Shown here in pieces: positions 38,427 through 48,340 of a stretch of 64,000 bases of DNA (position 1 is the first letter of the stretch; each line of letters opens with the position of its first letter). The position numbers and the translations under genes are program-made. The DNA is taken from IMG/VR virus record IMGVR_UViG_3300021142_000002, positions 156,367 to 220,366 of that record; one strand, written 5' to 3'. The notes beneath the pieces were generated by a model. It saw only the letters and a program-made list of their open reading frames with translations, was not told the origin of the DNA and searched no databases.

Positions 38427-39244
38427 TAAGCTGTTCCTCCTTCATCTATTGAATTAAATTTACCGCCATCAGCAGTTACTTTACCAGCGATGGTAAGATC
38501 ACTGGTTGTATTTACTATACCATCTAAGGTAATATTAGGTGCTTTAATATTAGCACTTTCAGATGCTGTTATATTAAATGATTTAACATTGCCAAACAAT
38601 CTACCGTCTTTTAAGGCAATAGTCTCACCAGTGCTTTGAGTCATGGTAATTTGATTATTAGCAGAGTCAATCTGAATAGTATTTCCAGCATTATCTGCTA
38701 ATGTCGCTGCACCATTTTTCCCATGGAGCTGAAAGGTATAAGCAGCTATTTCACCGTTAGCCATAGTTGTCCTAGCGGTCATATGACCACTTTTACCATC
38801 CACGGAAACGGTGTATTGATTTTTAGCAGTCGGCGCTTCATCAGTTTCTTGATTGGTATCCGATGCATTAAACCCATAAGTAGCTCTATCACCTCGCCTA
38901 AGATGAGTAGATCTACCTGTTGCTTTCCAAAAGTATTGACCGGTTTCACCCAGCTCATAGACCTCAACAGTTTCACCTTTTCTAACTGGAGGTGAATCTA
39001 TTCTATTCCCCTCACCATACCATTCAGCCTTTATAGCCATCCCTCTAAATAGTTTTACATTAGACTGATTGCCATCTGCATCTGTTACATTTCTTTCCAC
39101 CATAATGTGCTGGTCTGTAACATCACCTTCCGTAAAGGGTAAATGTTCCCTTAAGTACACTGAGATAAATTTACTACCATCATTCTTATCAGCAGCAACA
39201 GTGCCCAGACTAGTTAACTTAAATTCAGAATGTGCCTTAAACAT
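38426..39244 (-). CDS. baseplate central spike protein (phiKZ gp164-like)
   Basis: N-terminal OB-fold-like part (PPVRKGETVEVY..G.TGQYFW, HLRRGD), then short beta-strand repeats; synteny near SbcC. Confidence 0.7.
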   Translation of the reverse strand: MFKAHSEFKLTSLGTVAADKNDGSKFISVYLREHLPFTEGDVTDQHIMVERNVTDADGNQSNVKLFRGMAIKAEWYGEGNRIDSPPVRKGETVEVYELGETGQYFWKATGRSTHLRRGDRATYGFNASDTNQETDEAPTAKNQYTVSVDGKSGHMTARTTMANGEIAAYTFQLHGKNGAATLADNAGNTIQIDSANNQITMTQSTGETIALKDGRLFGNVKSFNITASESANIKAPNITLDGIVNTTSDLTIAGKVTADGGKFNSIDEGGTA

Positions 39245-39467
39245 TGAGTGCCTCTTTAAGTTTTGGCAGTATATCTAAAAATATAAAAGCAATACAGCCT
39301 TCCACTAGTATTGTGATTACGATAACAGGTACTAAATTGCAAATTGTAGCCATTAAAGATTTATGACTATGAATAAAGGAAAGTAATGCATCTTTTAACC
39401 AGATAAGGGTTACCACCTCTGTAGTTAATAAAACTACTATAAACATAACTGCTTGTATTTGTGACAT
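39237..39467 (-). CDS. small two-TM membrane protein
   Basis: 76 aa; TAGGAG RBS. Confidence 0.65.
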   Translation of the reverse strand: MSQIQAVMFIVVLLTTEVVTLIWLKDALLSFIHSHKSLMATICNLVPVIVITILVEGCIAFIFLDILPKLKEALNV

Positions 39468-39511
39468 TGTTTTCTCCTAAGTAAATTAATATCAATTAGA
39501 TAATGTATTTA

Positions 39512-39736
39512 TTAACTGGTTTTGAAAAGGATATCAATAACGTCAATTGCCAATGATGCCAAAACTAATATAATAAGTACGTAAAATAAATTTAAAAATC
39601 TTATTATTAATAAATAATACCAAGTCTCACCTAACCAACCATATAAGAAATTTTCTTGCCAACTACTTATATTCCCAAACACTAAGCAAATAGATAGAAA
39701 ACCAATAATAGTCATTATAGTAGTAAAGTATTCCAT
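39512..39736 (-). CDS. small two-TM membrane protein
   Basis: 74 aa, two hydrophobic helices. Confidence 0.65.
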   Translation of the reverse strand: MEYFTTIMTIIGFLSICLVFGNISSWQENFLYGWLGETWYYLLIIRFLNLFYVLIILVLASLAIDVIDILFKTS

Positions 39737-39975
39737 TATTTTAACCCCATTAAAACTCTAACTAAACTGCCAGAAAAGATGTCTATAGCTGCCAGTAATA
39801 TAATGACTGACCAGACTATAAATAAAGCATAGAGTAAATAAACTACATTTTTAATATACTTATTTTTAATCCATGAAATATTAACATGTTGCAGAATATT
39901 TCTTTCCATGTTTACAAAAGGTATTACTGCAAAGACAGCAATAATAAAGGTAATGATAGCATGAGTTACAGGCAT
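39736..39975 (-). CDS. small two-TM membrane protein
   Basis: 79 aa, two hydrophobic helices with a basic loop. Confidence 0.65.
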   Translation of the reverse strand: MPVTHAIITFIIAVFAVIPFVNMERNILQHVNISWIKNKYIKNVVYLLYALFIVWSVIILLAAIDIFSGSLVRVLMGLK

Positions 39976-39978
39976 TGT

Positions 39979-40128
39979 CTATACTCCAATGTGTGAATTA
40001 ATATAAGTAAAGGAAGGTATAAATACAAAGTAATGTAATATATAAGGGACTACCATCATAAACACTAAGGCTGTTGCTAAACAGATTAGTGCAACAATGG
40101 CTTTAATGGAGGTAAAAATATTATTCAT
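39979..40128 (-). CDS. 49-aa hydrophobic protein (MNNIFTSIKAIVALICLATALVFMMVVPYILHYFVFIPSFTYINSHIGV)
   Basis: Manually found; fills the gap after SbcC; AGGA RBS. Confidence 0.55.
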   Translation of the reverse strand: MNNIFTSIKAIVALICLATALVFMMVVPYILHYFVFIPSFTYINSHIGV

Positions 40129-40137
40129 TCATTATTC

Positions 40138-42579
40138 CTATAAATAAGTAATGGTAGTTTTTTCATTATAGACATCAGGGACTATTACATTTCTATTATC
40201 AATCACTACAATATCATGGTTACTTAATCCTGTAATGATATCATTATAGTGATTAACCATAAAGACTTGTGAACATAACTTCATGTCTATAAAGGTTTTA
40301 ATATAGCTATATAGACTTGTTCTGTGATTGTAATCAAAAGTAGCCCCTGTTTCATCTAGATAGACTGGATAATCATGTAAGTTTAAATACTCTCGCATAA
40401 CTATCATAAAAGATAGATTAATAATTTCTTGCTGAGACTGACTGCCTAAAGCGATATCTTTAATAGTATTAACAGTTGATTTAAAAGGAAAAGTATAGCT
40501 TAATGCACCATTATCCATATTACAAGCTTCTACTTTAAGCGTATAAGCCCAAACTTGTTTAATAATTAAGTTTATACTATCAACATAGCTAGTAATAAAA
40601 CCTAGCATTTCATCAGCTATTATCCCGGTTTTGGGTGATAAGTTTTCCTCTACTACTAACCAGCCTTTTTGTTTAAATAAAACTTTTTTATATTCATCTT
40701 CTAATTCTTTAATGGTATTGGTTAAATGATTTCGTTTATTTAACAATCCTTTAATGGTGGCTAGATCATTGTACAATTGTTCACACTGCTTTTTTGCGTC
40801 TTCTTGTATCAAACTATCAGTTGCTAATTTAAATTGCTCAGATAGTCGTTTAAGGATGTTATTGCCCTGTTCTTGTAGTCTACTATAGTTAGTTACATTC
40901 TTTAGAATTAACTTACAAGTATTAATTTGCTCATTGAGTAATTTCTTTTCATTTAAATAATGATTAATACTATTTTCAATAGTAATGACCCTTTCATTAA
41001 CCTGACCGTTATATTTATCATAAGTAGTTAAACAAGTCTCTAGATACTTTAATCGTTTAGTGCATTCTAGTCTTTTAGAATGCATATCTATATTTTGTTC
41101 CCATTTACAGATATGATTTAAAAAGAGACTAGGATTTTTTAATATCTCTAGATTAGAATTAAACTTATCCCAAAAACTAAAAGGTAAATTAATTTCCTTT
41201 TTCATTCGACCAATTTTAGTTAATAGTCGATATAACTCATTAACTTCTTCAGCTTGTGGTCTAAGTATCTCTAACTCAGCCATTAAATCTGCTTTAATTT
41301 TAGATACATTAATAATAGACTGCTCTATTTCTTTAATAGTATCTTCTATACTAATTCCCTTTAGATTAAACTCATGTGTGCATTTAGGACATGTTATTGT
41401 TTCTAGATCTTTATTATAATGCTCTAATTTATCGGTTAGATTACTAATGGATTGAATAGTTCGTGTTAACCTAGCTTCAATGTAATTATATCCGTCTAAA
41501 ATATCTTTGCATTCTTCCGACGTTCTAATCGGTGTATTAAATAGAAATAGATTAGAAATTTCATTAGCTAAAAAATGTAAGTTAGGAATATATTCTAAGC
41601 AATCATCATTGCCTAATTCAATAACAGGAATACTATTTAATGATCCTTTTATTTCTTTTATTTCATTTTGTAGGTGACTAGCATTAGGTACTGTACCATC
41701 AAATGAATGGGTTAAATCAGATAGCTCACTGGCTTCTTTAGTTAAGTCATTGATTAGAGTTTGTATTGCAGATAACTTTCCTATACACGTTCCTATATAC
41801 TCATTTAATTCATCTACACTATTAATACCCTCTGTAGGCACTCTAGTATCATCAAACTTTAATAGCTGATTTTTAATTTGATTCATTTCAGCATATAGAC
41901 TTTCTATAACTAAGAAAGTAGCATTACTGCTAGGTAGCTTTTGAGTAGTAAAAGGAATTAAAGAATTTAATTGTTGTTCTAATTCTTGTTGCTTGCTATC
42001 AGTATCTTCTGGAATATCTAATTGTTTTAATTTAGTTTGAGCATCTGTACTTTTATTAACTAAATGCTTTAATACAGCATGACTATCTCTTAATGACTCT
42101 TTTGCCTTATTGTGCAGAGTAATAGCGTATTGTAACTCTAAAGGAGATATTTCAGTGAGTATGTTTCTTCTTTCACTAACTGACATGTCAGTAAACTTTA
42201 ATTCCCCTATTAATAACTTATGAACTAATGGCGTATAATTAAACTCTTTAACTACCATGTCCATATGGACACTGGCATTAGCATTACTATGAACATCTAT
42301 GCCATCTTTAATAAAAGTGTGTTTACCATTTTTACTCAGTATAGATATCAATTCGTATAGATGTCCATTATGCTCTATTTTAATTCTTTTTTCACCTTCT
42401 TCTAAGTAATTAGAAGGCTGGGCTGGAAAAGGAGTAGCCTCTCTTAATAGACTCGATTTACCACATCCATTAGTACCAATAATCAATGTAGTCATTTTAT
42501 CAATTGATAATTCAATTGAATCTATTTTGGCTAATAATAGTGGTCTAAATCCTTTTAAGTAAATAGAAATAATTTTCAT
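40138..42579 (-). CDS. sbcC: SbcC/Rad50-like SMC ATPase (phiKZ gp165-like)
   Basis: Walker A GTNGCGKSS, coiled coil with CPKC zinc hook, signature LGSQSQQE, Walker B YLDE; likely start MKIISIYLKGF. Confidence 0.9.
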   Translation of the reverse strand: MKIISIYLKGFRPLLLAKIDSIELSIDKMTTLIIGTNGCGKSSLLREATPFPAQPSNYLEEGEKRIKIEHNGHLYELISILSKNGKHTFIKDGIDVHSNANASVHMDMVVKEFNYTPLVHKLLIGELKFTDMSVSERRNILTEISPLELQYAITLHNKAKESLRDSHAVLKHLVNKSTDAQTKLKQLDIPEDTDSKQQELEQQLNSLIPFTTQKLPSSNATFLVIESLYAEMNQIKNQLLKFDDTRVPTEGINSVDELNEYIGTCIGKLSAIQTLINDLTKEASELSDLTHSFDGTVPNASHLQNEIKEIKGSLNSIPVIELGNDDCLEYIPNLHFLANEISNLFLFNTPIRTSEECKDILDGYNYIEARLTRTIQSISNLTDKLEHYNKDLETITCPKCTHEFNLKGISIEDTIKEIEQSIINVSKIKADLMAELEILRPQAEEVNELYRLLTKIGRMKKEINLPFSFWDKFNSNLEILKNPSLFLNHICKWEQNIDMHSKRLECTKRLKYLETCLTTYDKYNGQVNERVITIENSINHYLNEKKLLNEQINTCKLILKNVTNYSRLQEQGNNILKRLSEQFKLATDSLIQEDAKKQCEQLYNDLATIKGLLNKRNHLTNTIKELEDEYKKVLFKQKGWLVVEENLSPKTGIIADEMLGFITSYVDSINLIIKQVWAYTLKVEACNMDNGALSYTFPFKSTVNTIKDIALGSQSQQEIINLSFMIVMREYLNLHDYPVYLDETGATFDYNHRTSLYSYIKTFIDMKLCSQVFMVNHYNDIITGLSNHDIVVIDNRNVIVPDVYNEKTTITYL

Positions 42580-42654
42580 GTATTTTTCCAATGGGCGAAA
42601 AAAAAAAGATAATGTGAACTCAATCACATTATCTTTGATTTAGGTACTTAATTA

Positions 42655-43272
42655 TTATAAATGAGCATTTTGAATGATGGTATTTGCCGCTATTAAAGCA
42701 GCTTCTAAATTAGCTATTTTCTCTCTAGCAGCCTGTAATTGAGTATCAGCCGCAATCATAGCCGTATAGAAAGTAGGCTGTTTATTAATAGCTGCTATTC
42801 TAACAGCTTCTTTATTTAGATACTGACTATAGCTTACGTCCCCTATTAGAGGAATTTGATGTAATCTCATCGTAGCTGTTTGACCTACCCAGTCAGTGGC
42901 TAAGTTTTGCAACTCAGGCAGTAGTGCATCCACATTAACCATTTCTGGTAGATTGCCTAAGTCAATAGAAATAACCATTCGATTATATTGAACGGCTACC
43001 TCAATGGGTGCATTATTTAAGTAGCTGCTAGGAATGCTAACAGTGGGCGATTCAGTTGAAGTTAGAGTAACAATGACTTCACCATTGTTATAATCAGTTT
43101 CATAGTTAGTATTAGTTAATCCATTGGGCGTATAATAGGTGTTAAATATATTAACACCTTCTTTAACTAATGAATCAAATGTTTGTAACTGTGATACTTT
43201 ATAATTTACTGTCTGTAGAGTAAAAGGTGCTAAGGCTGTAAATAATCCATAGGTATTAAGTTGGGGTATCAT
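42655..43272 (-). CDS. probable virion structural protein
   Basis: G.FTALAPF, NRMVISIDLGNLP pattern recalled from phiKZ-like baseplate-region genes; C-terminal coiled coil. Confidence 0.5.
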   Translation of the reverse strand: MIPQLNTYGLFTALAPFTLQTVNYKVSQLQTFDSLVKEGVNIFNTYYTPNGLTNTNYETDYNNGEVIVTLTSTESPTVSIPSSYLNNAPIEVAVQYNRMVISIDLGNLPEMVNVDALLPELQNLATDWVGQTATMRLHQIPLIGDVSYSQYLNKEAVRIAAINKQPTFYTAMIAADTQLQAAREKIANLEAALIAANTIIQNAHL

Positions 43273-43281
43273 AAAAAGCCA

Positions 43282-44550
43282 TTAGGTTAAATTTAAAGCT
43301 GAATGTCTAGTTAATACTGATAGAGTAGCACCCGTTACATTAACATTAACATAGGTTTGATTATTTCTAGTCTCTAGTACATAACCTGCAGGTAATACTG
43401 TACTGGTTGTCCAGGTTTCTGCAAACCTTACAACTTGATCTAAAGCAACTGCCATCTGTACAGTAACCTGAGACATTTGCTCTAAGTTAATATCAGATAC
43501 TGATACTAAAAAGTAATCAGGGAATTTTGCCTTAAAGGTTAATGGACCATCTAAGTTAGTAAAATCTGGCAATACAAATAAACCAATGGATTTATACATC
43601 ATTACTGTATAGTCTAGGAAACCAACAATATGAGAAGATGCATAGTCTGGGAAATAAGTACTGGCAAAACTTGTAGTATCAGTAACTGTAATAGTAGGGC
43701 TAATAATGGGCGTAGCTAAAGCAGAATTGCTAATAGCTGCATTGCCCCAATTAGGTACAAAGTAAAACTTACTTAATGGTAATAACGCAGGAATAATGTT
43801 TAACCATTGATTAAGTGTTTGTGCACCACTGGCTAATAAATCTGATTTTAATTTCAGAATATAATTAGCCATATTACAAAATACAGGACCACCATTGTAG
43901 GCTACTGCAATGGGCATGCTAAAAAACTGAGTAGTATCAGCAGCATTATATACATTAACAGTAAAGGTAGTAATACCTGTTACCACACCGGTAACTTGAG
44001 TTGCTACATCAGTAATTAAACTCGTTGGGTTTAAGCTATTAATAGCAAAAGCCGATGCAGTATAGTTGGTAAATAATAGTTGTAAATTATTAATAGGATA
44101 AACTAACTGAATTTGCCCCAATGGATATTGGGATAAGAAAGAAGCATTGACTAACCAGACTTTAAACGATACTGTATTACCCGATGCGGTTACATTAAAC
44201 TGTATCCATTCAGGATACAATAAGTTATCAATAGGGTTTAATACACCATTGCCTATAGATACATTACTCGTGCCATTGCCTAAGGCTGCCAGCATATTGT
44301 TAATCAATGTACCAGAGCTAGTATTATAGCCTGGAACACCATTCAGTGCAGTGACTGCTACAGCAGCCAGTGATGATATGCTGCCTGATAGACCACCTAC
44401 ATCAAAGACGTTCAGTGTACCATTACTACCTGTAAAATATTGAATGCTTTTAGCATAAGTAGTACCAATCTCAGAGAGTTCACCCACCGGGTTAATAGCC
44501 CCTGGGGTATTATTAATAAAGCTATTTATCGTATAAAAACCTTGAATCAT
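43282..44550 (-). CDS. probable virion structural protein
   Basis: N.PG.INPVGELSEIGTTYAKS and FYFVPNW motifs recalled from phiKZ-like virion proteins. Confidence 0.55.
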   Translation of the reverse strand: MIQGFYTINSFINNTPGAINPVGELSEIGTTYAKSIQYFTGSNGTLNVFDVGGLSGSISSLAAVAVTALNGVPGYNTSSGTLINNMLAALGNGTSNVSIGNGVLNPIDNLLYPEWIQFNVTASGNTVSFKVWLVNASFLSQYPLGQIQLVYPINNLQLLFTNYTASAFAINSLNPTSLITDVATQVTGVVTGITTFTVNVYNAADTTQFFSMPIAVAYNGGPVFCNMANYILKLKSDLLASGAQTLNQWLNIIPALLPLSKFYFVPNWGNAAISNSALATPIISPTITVTDTTSFASTYFPDYASSHIVGFLDYTVMMYKSIGLFVLPDFTNLDGPLTFKAKFPDYFLVSVSDINLEQMSQVTVQMAVALDQVVRFAETWTTSTVLPAGYVLETRNNQTYVNVNVTGATLSVLTRHSALNLT

Positions 44551-44562
44551 TTTTATTATCCT

Positions 44563-45999
44563 CTAAAGGGGTGAAAGAATTCTGTAATTAGCATCAATGC
44601 CATAATAAATACACTTATGGTTACTGTGCTCTATGATGGTTGCTATTCTATAGCTATGCATTGTAATTTCAAAAATCATTAAAGTGACTTTAATAGGCTC
44701 TTTGCTAACCTTTAATAAATTACTAAAGTTATTTCTAAGGGGTATATCAATCCCTACATTAATCTTAACATTAGTATTAATGTCATTAATTTTAACACTC
44801 TTAATAATTAAGGTTTTATCAGGTATTGTAAATTCTGGTACAATAGACTGAATACCTTTGCTATTAGTGACAATGATATTGTTAGTAATATCAACAAACT
44901 GATATCTATTGGATTGGGTTTCATAGGCATTTAATAGAGTAAAGCCATAATTATGGATATCTGTTAATTTGTAAACGAGTTTAGGTGGTGAGAGTACTGT
45001 ACCTAATGGACTCGTATTAGAGGCTATCACTAAGTTTCCCTTCATTAAAATAGCATCAGATTGTTTTTCGTTTATCTCTTCCCACTGACTACTTTTAGTT
45101 ACTGCTGCTAAATCTATTTCAATGGGCAGCATTAATCCATTATAATGCTGATTTAATTTATCTCTAAATAGCTCTAATTCTTTTATAGGCTCTTTAGTCA
45201 CTAAAATAGAGTAATGAGTATCTGAATTTCTTTTGCCTACATTCCTGTATTTAGTTTTCTTATCATCAATATAAGTAGATGTGGGGTAAAAGAATCGGCC
45301 ATCTTCTAATTGAAAAGATTGATTAGTATTAAAGAACCATCTTTTGCCTGATATCAAGGGCAGTAGTGGTTCAACCTTTACTTTCTTTTTCTTTTCTTTA
45401 ACTTTAGTAACAATCTCAGTAGTTACTATATCTAATGGATTATAAGGCTCTAGTAATACTACATGGCCTAACTCACCTTTCTCTAAAGCCTTTCTTCCCG
45501 TATCAGCTAATCTATCAGCCTTTTCATTACCTGAATTTCCATTATGTCCTTTGACCCATTTAAAGGTAACCAGCCCATTCTTCTCTTTAAAGGTATTGAT
45601 AGCCTTTTTTAATTCCTTTAAGTATTGGACATTCTTAACGACTTTCCCTATCTTAGTCATCCATTTATTTTTCTCCCATTCATCCATGCTACTAATGCAT
45701 TTTAATACATACTCACTATCTGCATTAATAGTAACCTCTAATTCATTATTAATACTATTACAATAATTTAAGCAATTAGTAATAGCCATAATTTCAGCAA
45801 CATTATTAGTCTCTTTAATACCTACTGGACCATAGCCACTAATCTCTGTATTATTTTCATCTATTCCATAAAACCCATAGGCTGCAAAACCTGGATTAGG
45901 AATAGCTGAGCCATCAGTATAAAAGGTTAATTTTTTACCTAAAGTAATTGTTTGCTCGATTGCCATGTTATTCCCTAGACTATTATTAGTATATACCAT
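44563..45999 (-). CDS. rnhA: ribonuclease HI with C-terminal extension (phiKZ gp155-like)
   Basis: FYTDGS, TNNVAEI, ADSEYV, WVKGHNGNSGNEKADRLA. Confidence 0.9.
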   Translation of the reverse strand: MVYTNNSLGNNMAIEQTITLGKKLTFYTDGSAIPNPGFAAYGFYGIDENNTEISGYGPVGIKETNNVAEIMAITNCLNYCNSINNELEVTINADSEYVLKCISSMDEWEKNKWMTKIGKVVKNVQYLKELKKAINTFKEKNGLVTFKWVKGHNGNSGNEKADRLADTGRKALEKGELGHVVLLEPYNPLDIVTTEIVTKVKEKKKKVKVEPLLPLISGKRWFFNTNQSFQLEDGRFFYPTSTYIDDKKTKYRNVGKRNSDTHYSILVTKEPIKELELFRDKLNQHYNGLMLPIEIDLAAVTKSSQWEEINEKQSDAILMKGNLVIASNTSPLGTVLSPPKLVYKLTDIHNYGFTLLNAYETQSNRYQFVDITNNIIVTNSKGIQSIVPEFTIPDKTLIIKSVKINDINTNVKINVGIDIPLRNNFSNLLKVSKEPIKVTLMIFEITMHSYRIATIIEHSNHKCIYYGIDANYRILSPL

Positions 46000-46016
46000 T
46001 GCTGTTTTATATACTT

Positions 46017-47210
46017 TTAAATAGTATAAAGAGTGATTAAATTAGCTGATGTATAATCAGAAGGGTGGTATACATTAGAGGTATCAACCGTTCCTTGTAA
46101 AGGGGTAGTATCCTTTAACATATTTAAAGCTTTAGGTAATTGCGTAGATACTTCTAAACCATATTGAGTCACTGAAGTCACTGCGTAATCTGATAAAGAT
46201 CCATCGGATAAATAAACTAATCCATGGGGAGTATGTGATAGGCTATATTGTCCTGCAAATCCAGAACGTAATAATGGCTCTACATGAATACTCAACTGAT
46301 CTGTATTAACAAAAATGATTGCACAGTAGGTACTACTAATATAAGTAATGGGATTAATACTGCTTACCACTAATCCAGTACCATTAGTACTCGCTGGTGC
46401 TACCCAATTTAAATTATTAATGGGCATACCCACTGTTTCTTCTATCATCTTGCTATAGTCTAATTTAATAGTTAGTGTATTATTATCAATAAAACTATAA
46501 GTATTATCCAATAACCTTAATCTGCCATTTAACATGACTAAAGGTGTTTTACCCTTTTGTTTAGGAACATTAACATGGAGCACTGCACAGGTATTATCAC
46601 TGTGGAATACACTAACATTACTTGCATTAATAGGTGCTAAGTTAAAACCACCTACTAAGGTAAAGTCAATAACATTAATTGCTTGGAAATTAAAATAATC
46701 TAAATAGATTCCACCATTTTTAATATAGACTTTATTACTGTCAATAATGTAGGGGAAAATAACACCATTTAATACAAAGAGCAAATCATTAGTTTGAGCA
46801 CCGAATAGATTAGTAGATCCTTCAGACTGAGTAATAATAATGTCTGGTAAAAAGTTTGGATTAACTAACGTATTCCTATCATTATACTGACATCTATTAG
46901 CATCAAAGCCATAATGCCAAACACTCATCATCTCTACATAGTTTGGACTATTAAACTGCTTCATTGGATTAATAGGTGTTGGCATTACACCATTATAATT
47001 GGTAAAGTAATCGCTAATTAATACAGTAGTGCTTACTAATCTAATTTTATAAAAATCATTTAAACGATATTGTTTTAAAACACCATTACTGTCGGTTAAT
47101 TTAACATACGTCAAATCATAGTTATTTAAACAATTTTGGACTGTAATAAATGTTGTCACTAAGCTCCAATCTCTGTTTTTGCGTACTAAAATTTCATTTA
47201 AAGTGTACAT
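46017..47210 (-). CDS. probable virion structural protein
   Basis: ORF track 46017..47243; likely start MYTLNE; beta-rich, adjacent to fibre genes. Confidence 0.5.
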   Translation of the reverse strand: MYTLNEILVRKNRDWSLVTTFITVQNCLNNYDLTYVKLTDSNGVLKQYRLNDFYKIRLVSTTVLISDYFTNYNGVMPTPINPMKQFNSPNYVEMMSVWHYGFDANRCQYNDRNTLVNPNFLPDIIITQSEGSTNLFGAQTNDLLFVLNGVIFPYIIDSNKVYIKNGGIYLDYFNFQAINVIDFTLVGGFNLAPINASNVSVFHSDNTCAVLHVNVPKQKGKTPLVMLNGRLRLLDNTYSFIDNNTLTIKLDYSKMIEETVGMPINNLNWVAPASTNGTGLVVSSINPITYISSTYCAIIFVNTDQLSIHVEPLLRSGFAGQYSLSHTPHGLVYLSDGSLSDYAVTSVTQYGLEVSTQLPKALNMLKDTTPLQGTVDTSNVYHPSDYTSANLITLYTI

Positions 47211-47282
47211 ATTTTTGCTCCATAATAGGGAGAGGCTAGACACATATCATATGAGTTTAGCCTAATTAATAAGAGAGGAAAC

Positions 47283-48260
47283 ATGACAACGACCTATGTA
47301 TTTGACCCTACTGGGTTACTGGGTGCTAATAAAATAGTAAATGAACCGCACAGCGTAACACAAGCTAATGGTATTAATGCATACTTGATTGCACCTGTTG
47401 CTGGTCCTTTCTATCGAAATGGTTTTAGCATAGTTAATGCATCTGGAATGACATTAACAGAAAATGTCGATTATTATCTAACCCATCATTGGCAACAAGC
47501 CAGTGATTATACTGGTCTAGATGTATACGGCAGTATTACTCTACTGACCGGATATTCAGTTGGTTTATACCGAATTAATTATCAAACCATTGGTGGTGCT
47601 TATGTAACCGCACCTGCTACTGTTATTGCAGATGGTATTGCAGCAGCTAATGGCAGTTTCTTAACAATAGATTGGTCTACTGCCCCTGTATCATTTCCAG
47701 CCATTCCGCATAACCATTCACTAGATAGTTTAGCTGGGATGACCCAGATCTATCAAGCAATGAATAATATTGCAGTAGCAATTACCTCACCCCAAGCAGG
47801 TATTCACTATGACGATATCGTCGACATTGAAGCGGTTAATGTAAAATCTAATGTAGAGCCTATTTTAGACATGATTAGTTCTAATCATTCTAATGTAGAA
47901 GGATTAAGTAGTTTAGTGCTTTCTTTAAAAGATCAGCTATCTATGTTTAATACATCTATTCCTGGTAATTTACAAAACTATACCTTTCCTCTACCTTTTG
48001 GTTTTAAACTAAAAATAGGACAATTATATTTTACACCAGGCAATGAGCCTTCCACTCTATATTTTCAGTTACCTAATTTTACCAATGATCCATTGTTTAT
48101 AATGGGTAATTTAAATATAGGCACAGATGGTGCTACGCCATTAAATGATCAAGTATTGTTTGGTAAACCAACGACTTCAAATGTTACTATGCTGGCTAAC
48201 TACGATCAAACTGATTTACTTAGTATGCGATTACTGAGTTATATTGTTATTGGCAAATAA
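47283..48260 (+). CDS. baseplate/tail-fibre attachment protein (FDPTG...N.I..E.H anchor family)
   Basis: YVFDPTG...NKIVNEPH, GPFY..GF and HNH motifs shared with downstream fibres. Confidence 0.65.
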   Translation: MTTTYVFDPTGLLGANKIVNEPHSVTQANGINAYLIAPVAGPFYRNGFSIVNASGMTLTENVDYYLTHHWQQASDYTGLDVYGSITLLTGYSVGLYRINYQTIGGAYVTAPATVIADGIAAANGSFLTIDWSTAPVSFPAIPHNHSLDSLAGMTQIYQAMNNIAVAITSPQAGIHYDDIVDIEAVNVKSNVEPILDMISSNHSNVEGLSSLVLSLKDQLSMFNTSIPGNLQNYTFPLPFGFKLKIGQLYFTPGNEPSTLYFQLPNFTNDPLFIMGNLNIGTDGATPLNDQVLFGKPTTSNVTMLANYDQTDLLSMRLLSYIVIGK

Positions 48261-48281
48261 CTATAAATGACCTTAACTATC

Positions 48282-48319
48282 ATTAGTAATCAGGGATTTA
48301 GGTATCCCTGATTACTAAT
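48282..48319. terminator. hairpin upstream of fibre gene 48341
   Basis: ATTAGTAATCAGGGAT-TTAGGT-ATCCCTGATTACTAAT. Confidence 0.65.
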
Positions 48320-48340
48320 ATTTTTTAAAGGATAAAATAC

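Noticed and set aside
40035-40042. Exact phiKZ early motif TATATTAC on the minus strand
   Set aside because: It lies inside a small ORF and lacks the upstream TTTnA element; likely chance in AT-rich DNA
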